A stretch of DNA of 64,000 bases. It comes from Mobula hypostoma (Eukaryota). Shown here in pieces: positions 53,960 to 64,000 of this stretch (positions are counted from its first letter, which is position 1; each line of letters starts with the position of its first letter). The notes beneath the pieces were generated by a model. It ran no database searches. It saw nothing but the letters and a program-made list of their open reading frames with translations, and had not been told where the DNA came from. Made by a program: the position numbers and the translations under genes. The DNA lies in contig NC_086097.1 of assembly GCF_963921235.1 (NCBI RefSeq), positions 244,096,001 through 244,160,000 on the forward strand, read 5' to 3'.

Positions 53960-54490
53960 CATTCTGCAGACCCCGCTGGAAATCCAAAGCAACACACATA
54001 AAATGCTGGAGGAACACAGCCAGTCAAGTAGCATCTATGGAGGATAATAAATGGTCGATGTTTCAGACCAAGAACCCTTGTCAGAACTGACAGGGATTAC
54101 TCTAACCTCTGGTAATTTCTCTCTCCTTCCCCTTCTTTCCTTTTCCATTCCTCATTCTGGCTCCCCCTTATCCCTTCTCTTCTCCGCCCCTTTCTCACAC
54201 GGTCCACTCTGTGCTCTCCTATCAGATCCCTTCTTCTTCTGCCCTTTATCTCTTCCACCTATCAACTTCCAGTTTCTTACATCATCCCCACCTCCCCCAT
54301 CCGCCCACTTCCCCTCTGACCTGGTCTCTCCTATCACCTGCCAGCTTGTACTCCTTCCCCTCCCCTCACCTTATTCTGGTTCATTCCCCTCTCGTTTCCA
54401 ATCCTGAAGAAGGATCTTGTCCTGAAACGACAACTATTTATAGATGCTGCTGACCTCCTGAGTTCCTCCGGCATTTTGTGTGTTGTTCTG
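53960..54490. mobile_element. Inverted pair of Penelope pLTRs (- 53960-54090; + 54120-54490), each with a decayed hammerhead
   Basis: Tails point outward. Motifs at 54053-54088 (-) and 54400-54435 (+). Confidence 0.78.
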
Positions 54491-54868
54491 AAGAATTTAC
54501 ACAACAGTTGATGTTGGAAGTTATCTAATAGTATTCAACTCGTGAAGCGTTAGGTTAAAAATTCACAAATGAAAGCTTTTGGTTGTTAATCAATCCATTT
54601 CAAACAATCATTAGTGAATTTTAGATGGAAAATAATTTTTTTAAATAATTAATGCAGTACTGAGGAGTTTAGACAAAGTGATTTAACTAAAAAATAGCCA
54701 ATCTTTTGGCTGCAATTTTAAGGATTTTGAAGTTTAGTTGTGCAGGGGTTTGGATATTTCCATTTTAAGTTATGGCACAGTAGTGTAGTGGTTAGCACAA
54801 CTTACAGTACCAGCAACCCAAATTCAATTCCCATTGCTGTCTGTAAGGAGTTAGTATGTTCTCGCTGT

Positions 54869-55880
54869 AACACGCTGGATCCAGGACTTCCTGTCAAATC
54901 GCTGACGGGTAGTAAGACTGGGCTCCCTCACCTCTGCCCCTCTGACCCTCAACACTGGTGCCCCTCAGGGCTGTGTCCTAAGCCCCCTCCTTTACTCTCT
55001 GTATACCCTTGACTGTGTTGCCACCCACAGCTCCAATCTGCTAATTAAATTTGCTGATGACACTACACTGATTGGCCTAATCTCAAATAATAATGAGGCA
55101 GCCTACAGAGAAGAAGTCACTACCCTGATACTGTGATGTCAAGAAAACAACCTCTCCCTCAATCACACAAAAACAAAGGAGCTGGTTGTGGACTCCAGGA
55201 GGAATGGAGACAGGCTAACCCCTATAGGTATCAATGGATCTGGGATTGAGAGGGTGAACAGCTTTAAGTTCCTCGGCATACACATCACCAAGGATTTCAC
55301 GTGGTCTGTACAAACCGGCTGTGTGGTGAAAAGGGCAAACCAGCATCTCTTTCACCTCAGACGGTTGAATACGTTTGGTAGGGGCCCCCAAATCCTAAGA
55401 ACTTTCTACAGGGGCACAAATGAGAGCATCCTGACTGGTTGCATCACTGCCTGGTATGAGAACTGTACTTCCCTCAATCACAGGACTCTGCAGAGAGTGG
55501 TGCAGACAGCCCAGCGCATCTGTAGATATGAACTTTCAGAACATTTACAAAGACAGGTGCATAAAAAGGGCCTGAAGGATCATTGGGGACCTGAGTCACC
55601 CCAAACACAAACTGTTCCAGCTGCTACCATCTGGGAAACAGTACCGCAGCATAAAAGCCAGGACCAACAGGCTCCGGGACAGTTTGTTCCAGCAGGCCAT
55701 CAGACTGATTAACTCATGCTGATACAATTGTATTTCGATGTTATACTGACTGTCCTGTTGTACATGCTATTTATTACAAATTACTACAAATTGCACATTG
55801 CCTATTTAGACGGAGACATAACATAAATTTTACTCCTGATGTATATGAAGGATGTAAGTATTAAAGTCAATTCCATTCAG
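54869..55880 (+). mobile_element. 5'-truncated Rex1/Babar LINE inserted in a V-domain SINE (54772-54868 and 56061-56218)
   Basis: NTGAPQGCVLSPLLYSLYT, IKFADDTT, FKFLGIHIT and ESILTGCITAWY, with a (CAATT)n-like tail. Confidence 0.9.
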
Positions 55881-55884
55881 ATGG

Positions 55885-56060
55885 AAAGACGAGGAAATCT
55901 GCAGATGCTGGAAATTCAGGCAACACACACAAAATGCTGGTGGAACGCAGCAGACCAGGCAGCATCTATAGGAAGAGGTACAGTCTTGGCCCGAAACGTC
56001 GACTTTACCTCTTCCTATAGATGCTGCCTGGCCTGCTGCGTTCACCAGCAGTTTGTGTCA
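55885..56060. mobile_element. 176-bp fold-back insertion made of two inverted Penelope pLTR tails
   Basis: Arms 55927-55985 and 56001-56058. Flanking direct repeat attcagatgg at 55875-55884 and 56061-56070. Confidence 0.88.
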
Positions 56061-56470
56061 ATTCAGATGGGTTCTCTCTGGTGCTCCGGTTTCTTCACAC
56101 ATCCAAAGATGTACTGGTCGGTAAGGTAATTGGCCATTGCAAATTGTCCCGTGAATAGGCTAGGGTTAAACCAGGGGTTTGCTGCCCGGTGCACTGTACC
56201 TCAATAAATAAATAAATTACCAAACATGCACACTAAAGTTTGTTTTGAACATGAGGACTAAAAATTGCAAATTGCATGTCTGACTGGAGGAAACCCATAA
56301 AAGTTAGAAGTGCCTGGACTTAAATAGACGACACGTGCAAATGGTAAAAAAAAATGCTAATGCCCCATTTTGGAATTTTAGACACAAGCAGAGAATTTCA
56401 ATCCCAAATCTTCCATCAAACTTCCTTTATGCTTCAGTTTACCATCTTGATTTTTGTATTTCCAAGGTTT

Positions 56471-57576
56471 CATAGAAACATAGAAAATAGGTTCAGGAGT
56501 AGGCCATTCGGCCCTTCGAGCCTGCACCGCCATTTATTATGATCATGGCTGATCATCCAACTCAGAACCCAGCCTTCCCTCCATACCCCCTGACCCCTGT
56601 AGCCACAAGGGCCATATCTAACTTCCTTTTAAACATAGCTAATGAACTGGCCTCAACAGTTTGCTGTGGCAGAGAATTCCACAGATTCACCACTCTCTGT
56701 GTGAAGAAGTTTTCCCTAATCTCGGTCCTAAAAGGCTTCCCCTCTATCCTCAAACTGTGACCCCTCGTTCTGGACCTCCCCAACATCGGGAACAATCTTC
56801 CCGCATCTAGCCTGTCCAATCCCTTTAGGATCTTATACGTTTCAATCAGATCCCCCCTCAATCTTCTAAATTCCAACGAGTACAAGCCCAGTTCATCCAG
56901 TCTTTCTTCATATGAAAGACCTGCCATCCCAGGAATCAATCTGGTGAACCTTCTTTGTACTCCCTCTATGGCAAAGATGTCTTTCCTCAGATTAGGGGAC
57001 CAAAACTGCACACAATACTCCAGGTGTGGTCTCACCAAGGCCTTGTACAACTGCAGTAGTACCTCCCTGCTCCTGTACTCGAATCCTCTCGCTATAAATG
57101 CCAGCATACCGTTCGCCTTTTTCACCGCCTGCTGTACCTGCATGCCCACTTTCAATGACTGGTGTATAATGACACCCAGGTCTCGTTGCACCTCCCCTTT
57201 TCCTAATCGGCCACCATTCAGATAATAATCTGTTTTCCTATTTTTGCCACCAAAGTGGATAACTTCACATTTATCCACATTAAATTGCATCTGCCATGAG
57301 TTTGCCCACTCACCCAACCTATCCAAGTCACCCTGCATCCTCTTAGCATCCTCCTCACTGCTAACACTGCCACCCAGCTTCGTGTCATCCGCAAACTTGG
57401 AGATGCTGCATTTAATTCCCTCATCCAAGTCATTAATATATATTGTAAACAACTGGGGTCCCAGCACTGAGCCTTGCGGTACCCCACTAGTCACCGCCTG
57501 CCATTCTGAAAAGGTCCCGTTTATTCCCACTCTTTGCTTCCTGTCTGCTAACCAATTCTCCACCCACACCAATACC
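56471..57576 (-). mobile_element. Young 5'-truncated CR1 with an uninterrupted 336-codon RT C-terminal frame
   Basis: ORF 56562-57572 contains GVPQGSVLGP, SKFADDTKL and [15 protein letters not shown], with a (TTCTATGT)n tail. Confidence 0.95.
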
Positions 57577-57729
57577 TATACTTTCTGAGTCTAAAATGGA
57601 AATTTATAATTTAAACATCTGCCACAGATATGCTTATAAGTAACTGTTCTTTAGATGTTTAGCTGCTACGTGAATTTACTTCTGTTGCGGCGATAGTCCA
57701 AGGCACTGGGAACACTTGAATATTTCACT

Positions 57730-57985
57730 CACTACACTATTACAGCTCATGAAGCCGGAGATCAGAGTTCAGTTCCAGCACTGTCTGTAAGGAGTTTGTA
57801 CGTTGTCCCCAGGTGCTCTGCTTTCTTCCCACAGTCCAAAGATGTATCGGTTTGTAGGTTAATTGATTATTGTAAATTTGCCTCTGATTAGGCTATTGTT
57901 AAATAGCTAAATTGCTAGGTGGCTCATTTGGCTGGAAGGGCTTGTTCTGCATTGTATCTCAAAACAAACAAATAAATAAATACAA
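57730..57985 (+). mobile_element. V-domain SINE
   Basis: Core cttcccacagtccaaagatgta and an (AAAT)n tail. Confidence 0.72.
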
Positions 57986-58099
57986 TTTAAAATCAAGTAA
58001 ACCTCCTCATAAACTCTTCTAGTATTTGATAGTGTGGGGATAATTTCTGTATGGCATATCTCCCAGTGCAGAAGAATATGGCAAAGATCAGTTCAGAGT

Positions 58100-58555
58100 G
58101 CAAGACCGTAAGATATAGGAGCAGAATTAGACCATTTGGCCTATCAAGTCTGTTCCACCAAATCATCATGGCTGATCCATTTTCCCTCTCAGCCCCAGTC
58201 TCCTGCCTTCTCTCCCTATCCCTTCATGCCCTGACTAAGAATTTATCAACTTCTGTCTTAAACATACCCAGTGAACTGACCTCCACAGCTGTCTGTGGCA
58301 ACAAATTCCACAGATTCACTACTCCCTGAGTAAAGAAATACCTTATTGCTGATCTACAAAGACATCCATCTACTCTGAAGCTGTCCCCTCTGGTCTTAGA
58401 CTCTCACACCGTAGGAAACGTCCTCTCCATATCTACTCTGCCGAGGTCCTTCAACATTTGATAGGTTTCAATGAGATCCCCCCCCCCACCTCATTCCTCT
58501 GAATTCTAGTGGGCACAGGCCCAAAGCCATCCAACGCTGCTCATACGATAAGCCT
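58100..58555 (-). mobile_element. CR1 3' fragment
   Basis: agatataggagcagaattag tail region and RT C-terminal similarity. Confidence 0.78.
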
Positions 58556-58929
58556 GGAAACTTCACGAATCGGGCATACTAACTGAGCCACACAGAGCTG
58601 TAATCAGGAAATATAAAAGTATTTATTCATGTAGCAAACCTTCTAGAACGAGAGAAATCTGGGAGAATCCAAGAGAAACCCACTCACCTGACAGGACGTT
58701 TTATACTTCTTCAAAACAAAGATGAGCATAAATGATTAACTAGAACTTCAATTGCTATGATCACCTACTTCGCTTTAACATTTAGTCAGCAAAATTACAA
58801 GAATCACCTATTTACAATGGTAGCACATCCCATCTAGCGGAACCACTTTATTAAATACTCATATCTGTTCCAAAAGCTTCTGAGTGCAAACTGCAGACAC
58901 CCAAGATATACCCCTGCTGTACAGTGCCA

Positions 58930-59226
58930 ATACATCTGTGCCAAAGGAGGTGCTTCCCTCCGCCAGCCTGCTTAGACCACCTCCCCGATCAGGGTCACAT
59001 GAAACCATGGGAGCAGGCAGAGGAGGGTCGTATGAGCAGTAGTGCATATCACAAGTCCTGGTTATGCGACCACTGAAGCCAGGTAGACAATCGCGGAAGG
59101 GTATTGATCACCCATCTTGCCCAGAAAAAGGCAATGGCAAGCCACTTCTGTTGAAAAATTTGCCAAGGACAATCATGATTATAAAAAAACCATGATTGCC
59201 CACCTCATCATGATGACGTTGATGAT
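58930..59226 (+). mobile_element. Bipartite RTE-derived SINE (family E), internally deleted
   Basis: Aligns with 35208-35589. Confidence 0.68.
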
Positions 59227-59377
59227 TGTTCCAGTGTTGAAGGATGGCTCATGAAAATACAACAAGCCAGAAGGTTTAGTGACACACCCTGACCTGAACT
59301 ATGCATAAAGTGACAGAGATGCAACTTTAATAATGTGCATAATAGCAGGAACATTCCTCTCTTGTCTGTCCCCATGG

Positions 59378-60677
59378 GACAGAATTAGGTTTAATATCAC
59401 TGGCATAGAATATGCAATGAAATATGTTGTTTTGTGGAAGCAGTACATTGTAATTCAATAAGTAGAGCAAAAAGAGGGCAAATAAAAGAAAAATATAGTG
59501 AGGTGGTGTACATGAGGCAGTGTAAATAGTGAGGTAGAAATCTGATGGCGGTGAGGAAGTGTGTCGTCGGGCTCCTGTACCTCCTCCCAGATGACAACAA
59601 TGTGAACTGGGCATGTCACAAACAGGAGAAAATCTGCAGATGCTGGATATCTGAGCAATACACACAAAATGGCCTGGCTGATGTGGGTTCTCAATAGTGG
59701 ATGCTACCTTTCTGAGGCATCACTATTGGAGGATTTCCTGGATGCTGGGGATGCTAGTACCCATGATGGAGCCGGCTGAATTTCCAACTTTCTGCAGCGT
59801 TTTCCGATCCTGTACAGCAGCCCCTCCATACCAGGCGGTGATGCAACCAGTCAGAATGCTCTCCCCTGTACATCTGTAGAAATGTGCAAATCACTGATGA
59901 CATACCAAGACTCTCAGGATAGTTCATGGTGACGGTGTGGACAGTCAAAGACCTTTTCCCAGGGCAGAAACAGTTAATACAAGAGGAGATTATTTAAAGG
60001 TGATTGGAGGAAAGCATGGAGGAAGACGGAGGTAAATTTTTTATACAGGGGGTGGAGCGTGTGTGGTGGTGGTAGAGACATATCCATTGGAGACTCTTAG
60101 ATAGGCACGTAATGGTGGGAAAACTGAGGGTGATGTCGCAGGGAAGAGTTAGATTGATTGTAGAGCAGCTTACAGGGTTGGCCCAACATTGTGTTCTATG
60201 TCCTATGAATATCCCACATTAGATAAGATTAGATTAGATTCAACTTTATTGTCATTGTGCCGAGTACAGATACAAAGCCAATGAAATGCATTTAGCATCT
60301 GAACAGAAATGCAAAGAATAGTGTTATTTACAAAATAACTGCAAATAAAAAAATGCTACAGCACACAAATATAAAAGTACTGAGACAGTACAATACGGAT
60401 GCAATACTACTTAGCGCTGTGATGAGAGGTTCAGCAGTGTCACAGCCTCAGGGAAGAAGTTCTTCCTGTGCCTGCTGGTGCGGGAGCGGAGGCTCCTGTA
60501 GTGCCTACCGGATGGTAGGAGAGCAAAAAGTCCATGGTTAGGGTGAGATGCATCCCTGATAATGCTTTTCGCTCTGCCCAGGCAGCGTTTATGGTAGATG
60601 TCCTCAGTGGTGGACAATTGGGTGCCAATAATCCGCTGGGCAGTTTTCACCACACGCTGGAGTGCTTTGCAGTCCCA
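59378..60677 (-). mobile_element. Rex1/Babar 3' fragments (59378-59930 and 60220-60677) around a + strand CR1 remnant
   Basis: KALQRVVKTAQRIIG...LLPSGRHYRSLRSRT with an (ATTAG)n tail on +. Confidence 0.8.
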
Positions 60678-60721
60678 CATCCATTGATTGTCACGAATTC
60701 TCATTTGGAAGTTAAATTATG

Positions 60722-61270
60722 AGAAACACATAAAATGCTGGAGGAACTCAGCAGGTCAGGAAGCATCTATGAAGTGAAATGAACAGTCGATGTTTTGGCT
60801 GAGACACCTCATCAGGACTGGAATGGAGGGGAGAAGAAGCCAGAATTGTGGACAGGTTTAATTTCCTGAACACCATTTCTCAGTTTAGTTCATCCATAAT
60901 TATGCTGTCCATGGTGTCATAAGCCCAGACTGATCCCTAACACAAGCCACCAGCCTTCATTTTCGGATTCCTATTCTACTCAGCAAGCAGCCTTGCAAAA
61001 CTTACTCTGTTTACTGATGTTTGTAATTTTTTAAAAATTCAGTAACTTGTATTATGGAAACATTTATTTCTTGCACCCTGCCTTTCCTGCTGCTTTTGAA
61101 AAATCAGCAGAAGAAAAATATCAACACAAGGGATTCTGCAGATGCCAGAAATCCAGTGGAACACACACAAAATGCTGGAGGAACTCAGCAGGTCAGGCAG
61201 CATCTAGGGAAGGAAATAAACAGTCGATGTTTTGGGCTGAGATCCTTCATCAGGACTGGAAAGGAAGGGG
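60722..61270 (-). mobile_element. Two short Penelope pLTR tails (60722-60845 and 61122-61270) with decayed hammerheads
   Basis: Motifs at 60785-60819 and 61222-61257, both with GAAA changed to AAAA. Confidence 0.75.
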
Positions 61271-61299
61271 ACTGAACCAGCGTAAGAAAGTGGAATAAG

Positions 61300-62965
61300 A
61301 AAATGAGACGTCCTTTTAGAACTGAGATGCGCAGAAACTACTTAAGTCAGAGGGTAGTAACTCTGTGGAATTTGTTGCCACGAGCGGCTGTGGAGGCCAA
61401 GTCACTGGGTGTATTTAAGGCAAAGATAGATAAGTTCTTGATTAGCCAGGGCATCAAAGGGTATGGGGAGAAGGCAGGGGAGTGGGGATGACTGGAAAAA
61501 TTGGATCAGCCCATGCTTGAATGGCGGAGCAGACTTGATGGGCCGAATGGCCCACTTCTGCTCCTATATCTTATGGTCTTAAGTGGAGGGGAGGGGATGT
61601 GTGGGTTATACCTTAAAAGTAGAGATGAGGAGGAATTTATTTAGCCAGAGAGAGGTGAATCTGTGGAATTCATTGTCACAGGCAGCTGTGGAGTTCAAGT
61701 CTTTATGTATATTTAAGGCAGAGGTTGATACTTTCTTGATTAGTCTGGGCATTTCAGGATACGTAGAGAAGGCAGGAGATTGGGACTGAGAGGAAAAATG
61801 GATCAGCCATGATGAAATGGCAGAGCAGACTCGATGAGACAAGTGGCCTAATTCTGCTCCTATATCTTATGGTTTTAACTGGGTCTCGACATGAAAAGTT
61901 GACTGTTTATTCTTCTCCATAGATGCTGGCAGACCTGCTGAGTTCATCCAATGTTGTATGTGTGTGCTCCTGAAGAAAAATATTTGTGTTGTTCCTCTGA
62001 TCAATTGTTTTTTTAATTTATTTTGGAATATTGTTTCAAAAGAGCTGATGTGGTTATGAAAACTGCTCACTGATAACTGTTGCGACTTGCTGTGTGTGAA
62101 GCCACAATAAATACAAAAGATGGTCATTAATCTGGGTGTTTCATAGTTTGTTGTTATGTCAGTTTGACATCCAGACTTTGCTGTTTTCTTTGTAAGCCAG
62201 TATTCTTTGTGAAGCCATGAGCACTTAGCTTTCAGATAGATCAGATCAAATGTTCAGAGGAATGGCAGATGGAATTTAATGCAGAGAAGTGTGAGGTTTC
62301 GCACTTTGGGAGGATAAACCAGGACTTACACAGTGACTGGAAGATCAGGGAGATCTGGTATAGAGATCCATAATTGGGGGAGATCTCAATGAAATCAATT
62401 GAAAATTGAAAGACCTTGATAGAGTCGATGTAGAGTACATGGATATAGAGGGGAAAGTCTAGGACAAGAGGGCACAGACTCAGAATAGACAGACGTCCTT
62501 TTGTGACAGAGATGAGGATGAACTTCTTTAGCCAGATGGTGCTAAATCTGTGGAATTCATTGCCACAGATAGCTAGAAAGGCCAAGTCATTGGGTATATT
62601 TGAAGTAGAGGTCAGAAGTTTCTTGATTAGTTAGGATGTCAAAGGTATAATACATCGGCCATGATGGAATTGCAGAGCAGGTTCAATGGGCCAAATGGCC
62701 TAATTCTGCTCCTATGCATTATGGTCTTATTGCCTAATGATTCCCTGAGACTGGTGTGCCAGGTTGATAGGTGGTAAGGAGAGCCTTTTGCACATGAGCC
62801 TTCGTAAGTCCGAATTGTGTGCACAGGAGTTGGGATGTTATGTTGTATAAGACTTTGGTGAGACCAAATTTGAAGTATTGTCTGCTGTTCCTGGCAGCTA
62901 CCTACAGGAAAGATATCAATGAGATTGAAAGAGTACAGCTAAAATTTATGAGAATGTTGCTGGGA
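61300..62965 (+). mobile_element. Series of short CR1 3' fragments
   Basis: Repeated FRTEMRRN..SQRVV.LWN.LP and ctcctatatcttatgg tails. Confidence 0.78.
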
Positions 62966-62980
62966 ATCGATGTTCTGAGT

Positions 62981-63195
62981 TATATATAAATCCTGGGTGC
63001 CTAAGACTTTTGCACAGTACTGTATTTGTCAACGTGGAGAGGAGAACAAGTTTGTAAATCTGGCAGGAGCAAAGTTTGTTGGAAATGGCGAGGGTGTAGC
63101 ATTGCAAGAGGGGTGTGGGATAGGTGGCAGAGAAGTGCCAGGGCAGTGAGTGGTGGTGTGGGTGCAGACACACCCAGGCCTGAGACATGAGGTCA
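62981..63195 (-). mobile_element. Partial inverted copy of composite MITE family A
   Basis: gggtgcctaagacttttgcacagtactgtatttgtcaacgtgg is the reverse complement of ~7025-7065. Confidence 0.78.
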
Positions 63196-63320
63196 TTTTT
63201 TTTAGATTATGAGAACACTCAGTCCTCTTTTATTGTTATTTAGAAATGCATACATGCTTTAAGAAATGATACAATGTTTCTCCGGTGTGATATCACAGAA
63301 AACAGGACAAACCAAAGACT

Positions 63321-64000
63321 AAGCAACACACATCAAAGTTGCTGGTGAACGCAGCAGGCCAGGCAGCATCTATAGGAAGAGGCGCAGTCGACGTTTCAGG
63401 CCGAGACCCTTCGTCAGGACTAACTGAAGGAAGAGTGAGTAAGGGATTTGAAAGCTGGAGGGGGAGGGGGAGATGCAAAATGATAGGAGAAGACAGGAGG
63501 GGGAGGGATAGAGCCGAGAGCTGGACAGGTGATAGGCAAAAGGGGATACGAGAGGATCATGGGACAGGAGGTCTGGGAAGAAAGACGGGGGGGGGGTGAC
63601 CCAGAGGATGGGCAAGACGTATATTCAGAGGGACAGAGGGAGAAAAAGGAGAGTGAGAGAAAGAATGTGTGCATAAAAATGAGTAACAGCTGGGGTACGA
63701 GGGGGAGGTGGGGCCTAGCGGAAGTTAGAGAAGTCAATGTTCATGCCATCAGGTTGGAGGCTACCCAGACGGAATATAAGGTGTTGTTCCTCCAACCTGA
63801 GTGTGGCTTCATCTTTACAGTAGAGGAGGCCGTGGATAGACATGTCAGAATGGGAATGGGATGTGGAATTAAAATGTGTGGCCACTGGGAGATCCTGCTT
63901 TCTCTGGCGGACAGAGCGTAGATGTTCAGCAAAGCGGTCTCCCAGTCTGCGTCGGGTCTCACCAATATATAAAAGGCCACATCGGGAGCACCGGACGCAG
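63321..64000 (-). mobile_element. Young Penelope-like element 3' end (GIY-YIG and pLTR), continuing beyond the window
   Basis: Highly similar inverted copy of ~45668-46350. Confidence 0.93.
63386..63421 (-). ncRNA. Minimal type I hammerhead ribozyme with intact consensus
   Basis: Minus strand AGTC CTGACGA AGGGTCTCGGCCT GAAA CGTC^GACT. Helix I is AGUC/GACU, the core is CUGANGA plus GAAA, the helix III region is the palindrome ACGU, and the cleavage triplet is GUC. Confidence 0.85.

Overview
Vertebrate genomic DNA. The repeat complement (CR1 LINEs with an esterase ORF1, Penelope-like elements, Rex1/Babar, V-domain SINEs) suggests a cartilaginous fish, which is an inference. The window lies inside one + strand gene, ARPP21. 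Seven internal coding exons (8074-8166, 12626-12758, 15130-15208, 35095-35154, 43559-43699, 51934-52042, 52858-52959) all have AG/GT boundaries and compatible phases. They splice into one open 239-codon frame containing the R3H domain (RMLVH) and the SUZ region. The start and 3' exons are outside the window. Most of the remainder is nested, decayed transposable elements. The most interesting signal is a dispersed family of Penelope pseudo-LTRs and short derivatives carrying minimal hammerhead ribozymes, about 13 copies. The copies with an intact core are antisense to the gene, and one 176-bp insertion is a hairpin whose stem begins exactly at the predicted cleavage site. Other items are a candidate short-isoform or poison exon at 8287, an in-frame alternative acceptor before the SUZ exon, a composite Tc1-type MITE built from two mini-hairpins, and an apparent templated insertion between two SINE copies. 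No searches were run. Family names come from motif recognition, and most repeat boundaries are approximate (about 10-30 bp).
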